DNA of 64,000 nt from Marinicella sp. (lineage in GTDB: Bacteria; Pseudomonadota; Gammaproteobacteria; Xanthomonadales; Marinicellaceae): positions 3,904,001 through 3,968,000 of the forward strand of contig OZ246001.1 of assembly GCA_965230295.1 (NCBI GenBank), given 5' to 3'. Positions 1 through 9,514 of the stretch are shown here, in pieces; position 1 is the stretch's first letter, and each line of letters begins with the position of its first letter. The notes under the pieces are model-generated. The model did no database searches. It saw only the letters and a program-made list of their open reading frames with translations, and was not told where the DNA came from. The position numbers were made by a program, and so were the translations under genes.

Positions 1-2
1 AT

Positions 3-932
3 CCCAGGGAAGCGGCTCCGGAAACCATCCAATTGCTGACCGATCTGGGTTTCAATCGCTTTTCTATGGGAGTGCAAGATGTACAGGAAAAAGTCCAAAA
101 AGCCGTCAATCGCATTCAGCCCATTGCATTGACAGAGCAAGCCATAAACAGGTGTCGTCAAAATGGGGCCAAATCGATCAATGTGGATTTGATTTATGGT
201 TTACCTCATCAAACGTACGCATCATTCAAAAATACGCTGGCTCAAGTCATTGAGCTGTCACCTGATCGCCTCTCAGTGTTTAACTACGCTCATTTGCCAC
301 ATTTATTCATGCCACAAAAACGCATTCTAGAAGCGGATTTGCCTTCGGCTGATGAAAAGTTGAAGATTCTGCAGATGACCACAGAAGACCTCACAGCAGC
401 AGGCTATGTTTACATTGGTATGGATCATTTTGCCAAACCAGATGATGAGTTGGCCATCGCACAACAAAACGGCAGCTTGCAACGAAATTTTCAAGGTTAC
501 ACCACCCATGCTGAATGTGACTTATTGGCCATGGGCGTCAGCTCAATCAGTTTAATCAATGACTGTTTCAGTCAAAATAACAAAACCCTGGAAGCCTATT
601 ACCAACAAATTGAATTGGGTGAGATCCCCATCATGAAAGGCTACCAGCTCAATCAGGATGATCGCATTCGCAGACAAGTCATCCAGGATTTGTCCTGTCA
701 TTTTGAGTTGGACTTCAATCGCATAGCTGACCAGTTTGGCATCAATTTCAACAATTATTTTGCCGAAGAACTAGGACAACTCAACGCCTTCATCACCGAT
801 GGTTTAATTACTTTTGAGGACAAACACATCAAAGTGACCAATAAAGGGCGGTTATTGACCAGAAACATATGCATGGTGTTTGATTACCACCTAAAACAAC
901 AAACCCAACAACAGTTCTCAAAAGTGATATAG
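3..932 (+). CDS. hemN: Oxygen-independent coproporphyrinogen III oxidase HemN (5' truncated by window edge)
   Basis: Frame is open from base 3 (PREAAPETIQLLTDLGFNRFSMGVQD); motifs DLIYGLPHQT, FNYAHLP, IGMDHFA, LQRNFQGYTT; C-terminal FSKVI; TAG stop. Confidence 0.95.
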   Translation, partial: PREAAPETIQLLTDLGFNRFSMGVQDVQEKVQKAVNRIQPIALTEQAINRCRQNGAKSINVDLIYGLPHQTYASFKNTLAQVIELSPDRLSVFNYAHLPHLFMPQKRILEADLPSADEKLKILQMTTEDLTAAGYVYIGMDHFAKPDDELAIAQQNGSLQRNFQGYTTHAECDLLAMGVSSISLINDCFSQNNKTLEAYYQQIELGEIPIMKGYQLNQDDRIRRQVIQDLSCHFELDFNRIADQFGINFNNYFAEELGQLNAFITDGLITFEDKHIKVTNKGRLLTRNICMVFDYHLKQQTQQQFSKVI

Positions 933-950
933 TGGTTATTTAAATCACAA

Positions 951-1640
951 ATGCACCTGATGCTCAAAAGTTTAGTCTTCTTAGTGCTCTATTTATACAT
1001 GCAGGGCTGCGGGTTTTATTCCAACGATGGTGAAGTGGTATCTGATGGTCTGACCCAATGCAGTGTCATTTCTGAAGGGCTGCAATCATGTACAATCAAA
1101 CGTTTTGATTGTGAGGGTGAATTAAAAACATACCATGACATCGAAGGTGATACTGAAGTTTCATTCATTGATATGGTGCGAATGGAAGTGACCTCTGCTG
1201 AAGATTGTCTGGCAATGACCATCACTGTTGCATCCCTGCCTGAACAACTGACCATCAATCATGCACCCTTGAAACCATATCATAACAATTTCTCTTGGCA
1301 TGGTTTTTTCGATATAGACAATGACAAAAAGCACTCAAAGGGTGATTTAATCATAGGCATTCATCAAGATAAATTAAGCGATCAACCTGCATCGAGTGAA
1401 GCCATTGACGCCATTGGTTTGGCTTCTTTGGCTGAGGTTGAGTCAGTTGGGATAAATGGTCAACCACAAATGGCTACCCGCGTATTTTTTAATCACTCAG
1501 TTGTTAAGAATTCATTTTATTTGTTGCTACCGAAATCGCTACATCCGAACTTGAGTAAGATCAGCCAATCTACAAAAATTCAGTTTTTCAGCCGTTATAA
1601 TGATGGCTTAGAATCACACACTGATCATTATTCAGACTAA
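951..1640 (+). CDS. Hypothetical lipoprotein
   Basis: 229-aa ORF with hydrophobic N-terminus and lipobox-like MQGC; contains a DIDNDKKHSKGD Ca-binding-like loop. Confidence 0.7.
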   Translation: MHLMLKSLVFLVLYLYMQGCGFYSNDGEVVSDGLTQCSVISEGLQSCTIKRFDCEGELKTYHDIEGDTEVSFIDMVRMEVTSAEDCLAMTITVASLPEQLTINHAPLKPYHNNFSWHGFFDIDNDKKHSKGDLIIGIHQDKLSDQPASSEAIDAIGLASLAEVESVGINGQPQMATRVFFNHSVVKNSFYLLLPKSLHPNLSKISQSTKIQFFSRYNDGLESHTDHYSD

Positions 1641-1662
1641 TAAATACTTTAGCCATATGAGT

Positions 1663-3126
1663 TTAAGGACCAGATAAATCTCCAGGGCCTTTTTTCGGTA
1701 ATTGAGAAGACCCCATCAAGTAACCATCAATTTGATGTGCCAATTCCCGGCCTTCTGAGATTGCCCAAACAATCAATGATTGACCACGGCGACAATCGCC
1801 AGCAGCAAAAATACCGCGATCGACCAGATAGTCACGATCATTGGCAGCAAACAAATCACGATCATTCAATGGTGTCTTGAGGCTGTCAGCCAGCTTGACT
1901 TGGGTTCCTGTGAAACCCATGGCCAACAACACCATATCACATGGCCATTCACGTTCAGTATCCGGTATTTCTATCAATTGCCATTGGCCACTCTGGTTGG
2001 TCCACTCCACCCCCACTGTTCTCAAAGCTGTCAAGTGGCCTTGGTCATCACCGATAAAGGCTTTGGTCGTGATGCTCCAATTCTGCTCAACACCTTCTTG
2101 CTGTGAACTGCTCACACGCAGTTTCATGGGCCAATATGGCCAAGGTTGTTCAACGGGACGATCCACCGGTGGTTTGGGCATGATTTCAAAACTCACCACA
2201 GACTCTGCACCCTGCCGAATGGCGGTTCCCATACAATCCGAGCCAGTATCACCACCACCGATGACGATTACTTTTTTATTTTTGGCCAACAGTTCTTGGT
2301 TGGCCTCAGTTTCATTGGCAACACATTGGTTGTTGTGAGATAAAAATGTCATTGCCTGGTATATGCCAGTCAAATCACGCCCCGAGATGGTCAGGTCCCT
2401 ACTTTGATTGGCACCGGCACACACTGCTGTGGCGTCAAATTGTTCTTGCAAGAATTCAGCTGAGACATCCACACCCACTTCGGTGTCACAGATGAAATCA
2501 ATGCCGGCTGCCATCAACAATGCCAAGCGCCGGTCAATCACTGACTTTTCTAGTTTGAAATCCGGGATGCCATACCGCAGCAAGCCACCAGCTTGATGGT
2601 CTTTTTCAAAAACAGTCACTAAATGCCCAGCACGATTCAGTTGTTCAGCGGTTGCCAAGCCTGCAGGTCCAGAGCCAATAACGGCCACTTTTTTTCCAGT
2701 TCTGCTGATGGGTTGATCAACTTTGATGTATTGATTTTCAAAAGCATGCTCTACAATATTTTTTTCTATGTTTTCAATGGTCACCGGGTCGCTGTTGATG
2801 TTCAACACACAAGCTTCTTCACAGGGTGCAGGACACAATCGTCCTGTGAATTCAGGAAAATTGTTAGTTTGATGCAGTATTTCACTGGCTTTTTGCCAAT
2901 GTCCTTTGTGTACCGCATCATTGAAATCCGGAATCAGATTACCTAAAGGACAACCACTGTGGCAAAAAGGTATGCCACAATTCATGCACCGCGCGCCCTG
3001 TTGTTCCAGTTCCTTGTGGTGTAACGGTATGGTGAATTCTCGGTAATTCAAAATTCGATCTTCAACATCCTGATGAGATTCGGTTTTCCTTGTGTAGTCG
3101 AGAAATCCTGTGATTTTACCCATCAC
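1663..3126 (-). CDS. gltD: Glutamate synthase small subunit
   Basis: RCMNCGIPFCHSGCP Fe-S motif, GSGPAG and GGGDTG dinucleotide motifs, AAGDCRRGQSL; overlaps the gltB stop. Confidence 0.97.
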   Translation of the reverse strand: MMGKITGFLDYTRKTESHQDVEDRILNYREFTIPLHHKELEQQGARCMNCGIPFCHSGCPLGNLIPDFNDAVHKGHWQKASEILHQTNNFPEFTGRLCPAPCEEACVLNINSDPVTIENIEKNIVEHAFENQYIKVDQPISRTGKKVAVIGSGPAGLATAEQLNRAGHLVTVFEKDHQAGGLLRYGIPDFKLEKSVIDRRLALLMAAGIDFICDTEVGVDVSAEFLQEQFDATAVCAGANQSRDLTISGRDLTGIYQAMTFLSHNNQCVANETEANQELLAKNKKVIVIGGGDTGSDCMGTAIRQGAESVVSFEIMPKPPVDRPVEQPWPYWPMKLRVSSSQQEGVEQNWSITTKAFIGDDQGHLTALRTVGVEWTNQSGQWQLIEIPDTEREWPCDMVLLAMGFTGTQVKLADSLKTPLNDRDLFAANDRDYLVDRGIFAAGDCRRGQSLIVWAISEGRELAHQIDGYLMGSSQLPKKGPGDLSGP

Positions 3127-6100
3127 CCCACCTCCTTCATTCTTTGTTCAGATTCAATCTTCCGTAAGGCTTGTCGGTATTCTTCAGGCATCACATATAC
3201 AAAATGATTGATTGATTCTGACCAATTGGCCAGTATTTTTTTGGCCAAGACACTTTGGGTGTGCCTGGTGTGTTTTTTGAGCAATGATTTCAACTGTTGG
3301 GCACCTTTTTGATCAACTGTTTCAAGGTTCAACGCCCCTTCGGCACACTGACGACCTAGTTTATTTTTGGGGTCATACACATAAGCCACGCCACCTGACA
3401 TCCCAGCCCCAAAATTACGACCCACTGAACCCAGGACCACAACCGTCCCTCCAGTCATGTATTCACACCCATGGTCGCCGATGCCTTCAACCACTGCAGT
3501 CGCACCTGAATTTCTGACCGCAAATCGTTCACCAGCCATGCCATTGATATAAACTTCACCGGCTGTGGCGCCATACAATGTCACATTGCCAGTGATGACG
3601 TTTTCATGAGGAATGATTGGACTGGCTGAAGGTACTTTGACGATGATTTTGGCACCGCACAGCCCTTTGGCCAGATAATCATTGGTATTGCCTTCAACCT
3701 CCATGGTTACCCCATGGGTGGCAAATGCCGCAAAACTTTGCCCCGCAGATCCTTTGAATGTGATGTTTAAGGTGTTTGCCGGCAAACCTTGCGAGCCATG
3801 GATTTTTGAAATTTCATTGCTGAGAATGGCACCAACAGCCCGATTGGTGTTGTTGATAGGGTAAGTCAGCTTGGTTTTTTCTTTTCTGAATAAAGCCATA
3901 TGAGCTTGGGCAATGATGTCAAAATCAATGGCTGTCTCCAATTCATGGTCCTGTTGATCGCTGCCAAAGAGGGTTTGGTCACCAGTTACTTTGGCTTGAA
4001 ACAGGATTGGAGATAAATCCAAGCCCATGGTATGTTGCTTGTCTTTGATCAACTGCCGGTCCAGCTTATGTACTTGACCCACCATCTCATCAACAGTCCT
4101 GAAGCCCAAAGAAGCCATGATTTCACGCAATTCTTCTGCCACAAAATACATGTAATTAACCACATGTTCCGGTTTGCCATTGAATTTTTTTCTTAATTCA
4201 GGGTTTTGAGTGGCTATGCCAACTGGGCAAGTGTTTAAATGGCAGGCTCGCATCATAACGCAACCGGATGCCACCAAAGGCGCAGTAGCAAAACCAAACT
4301 CTTCTGCTCCCAATAAACAAGCCACAGCAACATCTCGACCTGTTTTCAGCTGACCATCACATTCAAGTTTCACCCGGTTTCTTAAATCATTGGCAACCAG
4401 GGTTTGTTGTGCTTCAGCCAGTCCTAACTCCCATGGGAGGCCTGCATGCTTGAGTGAAGTCAACGGGGCAGCTCCTGTACCCCCATCAAACCCAGAAATT
4501 AATATGACATCGGCTTTGGCTTTAGAGACACCAGCAGCCACGGTACCGATGCCTACTTGAGAAACCAGTTTTACGTTGATTCTGGCAGATCGATTGGCTG
4601 ACTTCAGATCGTAAATTAACTGAGACAAGTCTTCTATTGAGTAAATGTCATGGTGTGGAGGTGGTGAAATCAAACCCACATAGGGTGTGGAATTCCTGGT
4701 GGCAGCAATTTCATGGTTAACCTTAGAACCAGGTAACTGTCCCCCTTCCCCTGGTTTGGCGCCTTGTGCCATCTTGATTTGTACCTCTGCAGCATGGGTT
4801 AAATAGTTTGAAGTTACCCCAAAGCGACCGGAAGCCACTTGCTTGATTGCTGAGTTTTTCCAATCACCACTGGGATTATGGAAGAAGCGGTGTTCATTTT
4901 CACCCCCTTCTCCAGAATTGCTTTTGCCCCCAATTCGATTCATGGCAATCGCCAGATTTTCATGGGCCTCTTGTGAAATGGAACCATAAGACATGGCACC
5001 AGTTTTGAACCTCTTGACAATTTCCGTCCATGGTTCAACTTCTGCCAATGGAATCGGATCTAAATCAGTGAATGTCAGCATGCCCCTGATGGTCATCAAG
5101 GATGCACTCTGCTGGTTGATCAATTCAGCATACTGCTGATAGTGTTCTTGACTGTTACTCCTCACAGCCTGTTGTAATTTAGCCACGGTCATTGGATTGA
5201 ATTGGTGTTTCTCTCCATGCCTGCGCCAACGATAATCTCCACCTGGATCCAGCTGGGATTGGCTTTTATGGCTGGCTCCAAAAGTCATGTCATGGTATTT
5301 TCTCAAAGTACCTTCTATTTCATACAAACCGATGCCTTCAACCCGGGTGGTGGTGCCGGGAAAATATTTATCAACCGTTTTACGGTCTATACCCACGCAT
5401 TCAAAAATTTGTGATCCACGGTAAGAATTCAATGTGGAAATACCTATTTTATTCATCACTTTAAGCAAGCCCTTACCGACAGCCGTGTTGTAATTCTCAA
5501 CCGCCTGCTGATAGTCGATCGACGGCAACTCATCTGTATCGATCAATTCGGCAATGATGTCATTGACAATATATGGGTTGATGGCACTGGCTCCATAAGC
5601 AAACAACATGGCAAAGTGATGCACTTCTCTGGGTTCAGCTGATTCAATGATCACACTGCATTGCGACCTTAAGCCCATTTCATGTAACCCATTGTTGAGG
5701 TATGAACAGGCCAATAATGCCGGAATCGGTGACCATTGTTCATCGGCTTGCCGATCTGACAGAATGATGATGTTGTGGCCTGAATCTATGGCAGTTGCAC
5801 CTGCCTTGACCATTTCATCTAAAGCCAGTTCTAATCCATTCATGCCTTTGATTGATTCATAAAGTATGGGCACAGTTTTGGCTTTTAACCCATCAACATC
5901 ATGGGTTTTGATTTTGTGCAAGTCACGTTTTGAAATGACTGGGTTACTGATTTTCAGTTTTCTACAATGTAAAGGATCAGTGTTGAATATGTTTTGATCA
6001 GCTCCCAGGGTTAAACTGATGTCAGTCACTAACTTTTCCCTGATCCCATCCAAAGGAGGATTGGTCACCTGAGCAAACAATTGGATGAAATAGTTATACA

Positions 6101-7643
6101 ACAATTGTGGCTGATCTGACAGGGCTGCAACTGGTGTATCAGCACCCATTGAACCTATCGGCTCTTTGGCTGATTGAGACATGGGATGGATGATCAGTTC
6201 GATGTCTTCCTGGGTGTACTTGAATAGTTTTTTGCGTTGATCCAACGATAATTCATTTTCACTTTTCTTTATATCGGTGTAAGGGATGTCTTTGAGGTGT
6301 ACCATGTTCGACACCAACCAGTCTGCATAAGGTCTCTTATGGGTGATTTTTTGTTTGATTTCTTCGTCATGAACGATCCTGCCTTCACCCATGTGAACCA
6401 AGAACATCTTCCCGGGCTCTAAACGACCATGGTAAGCGATGTTTTCATCAGCAATATCGACCACACCCGTTTCTGAGGCCATCACCACGTAACCATCTTG
6501 GGTAACGGTATATCTGGAAGGTCTTAATCCATTGCGGTCAAGAACTGCACCAATGTACTTGCCATCAGTAAAGGGAATCGAAGCAGGCCCATCCCATGGT
6601 TCCATCAAACAGGCATTGAATTCATAAAATGACTTTTTCACAGCATCCATGTGTTCATTCTTTTCCCAGGCTTCTGGAATCAACATCATCATCACCTCAG
6701 GCAATGACCTCCCTGTCATCAACAACAATTCGACCGCCATGTCCATTGAAGCAGAATCAGACTTGTTGGGTAACACCACAGGCAACAGTGATTTCATGTC
6801 ATCATTGAAGTAATCACATTGCATCAACTCTTCTCGTGATTGCATGCGCCTGATGTTACCTTTGACTGTATTGATTTCACCGTTGTGACAGATGTATCTG
6901 AAAGGTTGGGCCAAATCCCAGGTTGGGAAAGTATTGGTTGAGAAACGCTGATGAACCAGAGCCAAACGAGTCACAACCTGTGGATTGAGTAAATCCTTGT
7001 AATACAATTTGATATCTTGCGGTAACAACAGACCCTTATAAATGATGGTTCTTGGGCACAAACTGGGCACATAAAAATAATCACATTCTGACAACCCTGA
7101 TTGATTGATTTGGTGTTCAGTCACTTTTCTGGCGACATACAATTTTCGCTTAAAATCAAATTCTGACATTCCTGAGGATTTCCCCACAAACAGTTGCAAA
7201 ATGTGTGGTTCGTTCATGGCTGCCATTTTGCCGACAACTGATTGATCAACAGGTGCCTCACGCCAGCCCAATATGGACAATCCTTGAGCTTCTAATTGTT
7301 GTTCAAATATCGATTGGCAATGCTGCCTTTGGTTTTGTTTACGAGGCAGAAAGACGTGGCCCACTGCATATTGCCCTTCTGAAGGTATGTCGAAGTCGCA
7401 CTCCTTGACAAAATAATCATGTGGAACATCAATGAGTATGCCTGCACCATCGCCAGTTTTCCCGTCTGCACTGACAGCCCCCCGATGCTCAAGCTTCTCT
7501 AGAATCTCCAAAGCTTTGTGGATGATGTCGTGCGATTTCTCACCCTTCAAGCTACAAATAAATCCTGCTCCGCAGGCATCATGTTCAAAGTCTGATCGAT
7601 ACAAACCGGACCGCTTTAATTCATTGTCTATCTGATGTTCCAT
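3123..7643 (-). CDS. gltB: Glutamate synthase large subunit
   Basis: 1506 aa; EHDACG N-terminal Cys, HQRFSTNT, HNGEINT, KMAQGAKPGEGGQLP, CHLNTCPVG 3Fe-4S motif. Confidence 0.98.
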   Translation of the reverse strand: MEHQIDNELKRSGLYRSDFEHDACGAGFICSLKGEKSHDIIHKALEILEKLEHRGAVSADGKTGDGAGILIDVPHDYFVKECDFDIPSEGQYAVGHVFLPRKQNQRQHCQSIFEQQLEAQGLSILGWREAPVDQSVVGKMAAMNEPHILQLFVGKSSGMSEFDFKRKLYVARKVTEHQINQSGLSECDYFYVPSLCPRTIIYKGLLLPQDIKLYYKDLLNPQVVTRLALVHQRFSTNTFPTWDLAQPFRYICHNGEINTVKGNIRRMQSREELMQCDYFNDDMKSLLPVVLPNKSDSASMDMAVELLLMTGRSLPEVMMMLIPEAWEKNEHMDAVKKSFYEFNACLMEPWDGPASIPFTDGKYIGAVLDRNGLRPSRYTVTQDGYVVMASETGVVDIADENIAYHGRLEPGKMFLVHMGEGRIVHDEEIKQKITHKRPYADWLVSNMVHLKDIPYTDIKKSENELSLDQRKKLFKYTQEDIELIIHPMSQSAKEPIGSMGADTPVAALSDQPQLLYNYFIQLFAQVTNPPLDGIREKLVTDISLTLGADQNIFNTDPLHCRKLKISNPVISKRDLHKIKTHDVDGLKAKTVPILYESIKGMNGLELALDEMVKAGATAIDSGHNIIILSDRQADEQWSPIPALLACSYLNNGLHEMGLRSQCSVIIESAEPREVHHFAMLFAYGASAINPYIVNDIIAELIDTDELPSIDYQQAVENYNTAVGKGLLKVMNKIGISTLNSYRGSQIFECVGIDRKTVDKYFPGTTTRVEGIGLYEIEGTLRKYHDMTFGASHKSQSQLDPGGDYRWRRHGEKHQFNPMTVAKLQQAVRSNSQEHYQQYAELINQQSASLMTIRGMLTFTDLDPIPLAEVEPWTEIVKRFKTGAMSYGSISQEAHENLAIAMNRIGGKSNSGEGGENEHRFFHNPSGDWKNSAIKQVASGRFGVTSNYLTHAAEVQIKMAQGAKPGEGGQLPGSKVNHEIAATRNSTPYVGLISPPPHHDIYSIEDLSQLIYDLKSANRSARINVKLVSQVGIGTVAAGVSKAKADVILISGFDGGTGAAPLTSLKHAGLPWELGLAEAQQTLVANDLRNRVKLECDGQLKTGRDVAVACLLGAEEFGFATAPLVASGCVMMRACHLNTCPVGIATQNPELRKKFNGKPEHVVNYMYFVAEELREIMASLGFRTVDEMVGQVHKLDRQLIKDKQHTMGLDLSPILFQAKVTGDQTLFGSDQQDHELETAIDFDIIAQAHMALFRKEKTKLTYPINNTNRAVGAILSNEISKIHGSQGLPANTLNITFKGSAGQSFAAFATHGVTMEVEGNTNDYLAKGLCGAKIIVKVPSASPIIPHENVITGNVTLYGATAGEVYINGMAGERFAVRNSGATAVVEGIGDHGCEYMTGGTVVVLGSVGRNFGAGMSGGVAYVYDPKNKLGRQCAEGALNLETVDQKGAQQLKSLLKKHTRHTQSVLAKKILANWSESINHFVYVMPEEYRQALRKIESEQRMKEVG

Positions 7644-7813
7644 ACGCCAACCCTTTCTGGCATTGCTTGTTTATATGGGCTGCAAACAATGCATTAATTA
7701 TTTTTATGTTTGATTGAAAATATCACAAACCATTAGAGCAACGACTCTAATTAAGAATAAAGCTCAATGGTGATAACAGAAATAGAGTTCAGTGTTTTAT
7801 AGGATGACACCAT

Positions 7814-7850
7814 AAAAAAACCCATTCAAAAATTGTTTTAAATGGGTTTT
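7814..7850 (-). terminator. Rho-independent terminator after the DUF4407-like gene
   Basis: Minus strand AAAACCCATT-TAAAACAATTTTTG-AATGGGTTTTTTT: stem followed by U-tract, about 20 nt after the stop. Confidence 0.7.
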
Positions 7851-7871
7851 CGAGACAATCAGTGTTGTTGA

Positions 7872-9299
7872 TTATATGGATTGGGTGACCGTAGGCAAAT
7901 CCGGTTCAAGAGGTTTTTTCGCTTGCCGCTGTTCGAATTCTGCTGTTGCCTGATCCAGTTTGGCTTGTTCCTCAAGCAAAGCCACATGCATTTTTCGATA
8001 CATCTTCAAAGAATAAAAGCTGAATGGGCTGAAAAACAGTTTGATAATCACTGGCATCAACTCGATCGCAATGAAGAATATTTTTAACATGTAACTGAAT
8101 AAAATGGCGGCTTCTCCCAATTCAGGGTCTGCATGTATCTTGTTCAAAGCCAGGTACCTGACCAACATGCCGGTTTTTTGTTCATAAAATAAGCCATCGT
8201 TGATCAGCTTGGTCCGGTAAGCGGCTAATTTATTTTGTTTATCATCAATTTGTGAGGTCAACAACAGTTGTTCATTCTGCAAATCACTGTTGAGTTGACT
8301 CAATCGTTCTTCATTGATGGTGAGTGTGGTGGATTTCTCACTCAGTGTATTGCTCTTCAATTGATAGTCATTGAGGGTGTCAGTGGTGGCTAATATATTG
8401 GCCTCAATAGATTTCAATCTTTCTTTGGTGTCTTCTATTTCAGCTTCAATCACTGGTATTAAATCAGCCAACTGGGTATAGGTCTTGACAGCTCGGTCAT
8501 ATTTAGGGCCCTCAGTCGCCGGCCTTCCATCCTGTCCGGTTCGCTCTAAAATCGATTCGTTGAACCAATATTGGTAATCACTGCGGGTTTGGGTCAGCCT
8601 TTCATTCAGCGCACCAATGGCATTGATTGTGTTCTTTTGATCACGTTGTAACTCTTCTAGTGTCACTTGGTAATTATCAATGCTGTTGGCGACGGTGTCT
8701 TGGTCATAAGACTCATCGGTGTTTTTGATTTGTTCCTGGGTGGTTCGCAAATTAAGAATTTCCTGTTGCAATTGCGAAATTTTGTTTTCAGTGGCATTGA
8801 CTGTGGTATCCAATTCCTGCTCATATTCGCTCATACGGGCGAAATACTCTTGATTGTTTTCAACCACATCTTTCTGTATTTGTTCATCAATGGCATTGGC
8901 TTGTAAGCTGATTTCTGCCAAAGTGGCTAAGCCGATGGCAATGATCAGTGAATATATCAACCGGGGTATCAATCCGAACAGTTGTCTGATCGGCAGGCCC
9001 TTTTTGAAAGGATTTCTCAATGCCCAATCAGAACCGATGATGGCTTGATCTAAAAAGAACAGGGTTAATGCGAATACAAAACCCACTGTATATGCCGCTG
9101 CAGGACTTAAGAATATAGATACACCATAGGAAAACAACAAAAAAGTAAAGGCAAATGTGACCAATTGCCTGAACACCATGGCATAAGCCAACATGCGATC
9201 GTATCGGCCACTTTCTGCCAATACTTCAGTATCTGTTAATGAAAGAAATGCACATAATTTGAACCAAAGAGATTCTTTGGTTGGGGTGGATTGACTCAT
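7872..9299 (-). CDS. DUF4407-like membrane protein with long coiled coil
   Basis: Three N-terminal TM segments, about 230 aa of heptad-rich region with a GQDGRPATEGPKY hinge, then a GMLVRYLAL...IELMPVIIKL TM hairpin. Confidence 0.7.
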   Translation of the reverse strand: MSQSTPTKESLWFKLCAFLSLTDTEVLAESGRYDRMLAYAMVFRQLVTFAFTFLLFSYGVSIFLSPAAAYTVGFVFALTLFFLDQAIIGSDWALRNPFKKGLPIRQLFGLIPRLIYSLIIAIGLATLAEISLQANAIDEQIQKDVVENNQEYFARMSEYEQELDTTVNATENKISQLQQEILNLRTTQEQIKNTDESYDQDTVANSIDNYQVTLEELQRDQKNTINAIGALNERLTQTRSDYQYWFNESILERTGQDGRPATEGPKYDRAVKTYTQLADLIPVIEAEIEDTKERLKSIEANILATTDTLNDYQLKSNTLSEKSTTLTINEERLSQLNSDLQNEQLLLTSQIDDKQNKLAAYRTKLINDGLFYEQKTGMLVRYLALNKIHADPELGEAAILFSYMLKIFFIAIELMPVIIKLFFSPFSFYSLKMYRKMHVALLEEQAKLDQATAEFEQRQAKKPLEPDLPTVTQSI

Positions 9300-9514
9300 T
9301 TTTGACCTCTATTTTAAACATTGAAGTCACCTATAGACTTCACAATTAACCCGATTGCCATGGATTTCAGAAACTCAGTAATGACCATATACCTGATGTC
9401 ATGACGACTTGTTCCTTATTTGTGACTCTATATTTTGAATTAAGTTCAAGCTGATTGCTACATTTTTAGCAGCTTTCTTGTGTTACCCCGATCGTTTGTA
9501 CACGAATTAACGGG

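Noticed and set aside
1780-2946. Several plus-strand ORFs of 60-165 aa inside gltD, and similar antisense ORFs across the nuo, gyrA, paa and serS genes
   Set aside because: Shadow ORFs opposite well-conserved genes, with no recognisable motifs
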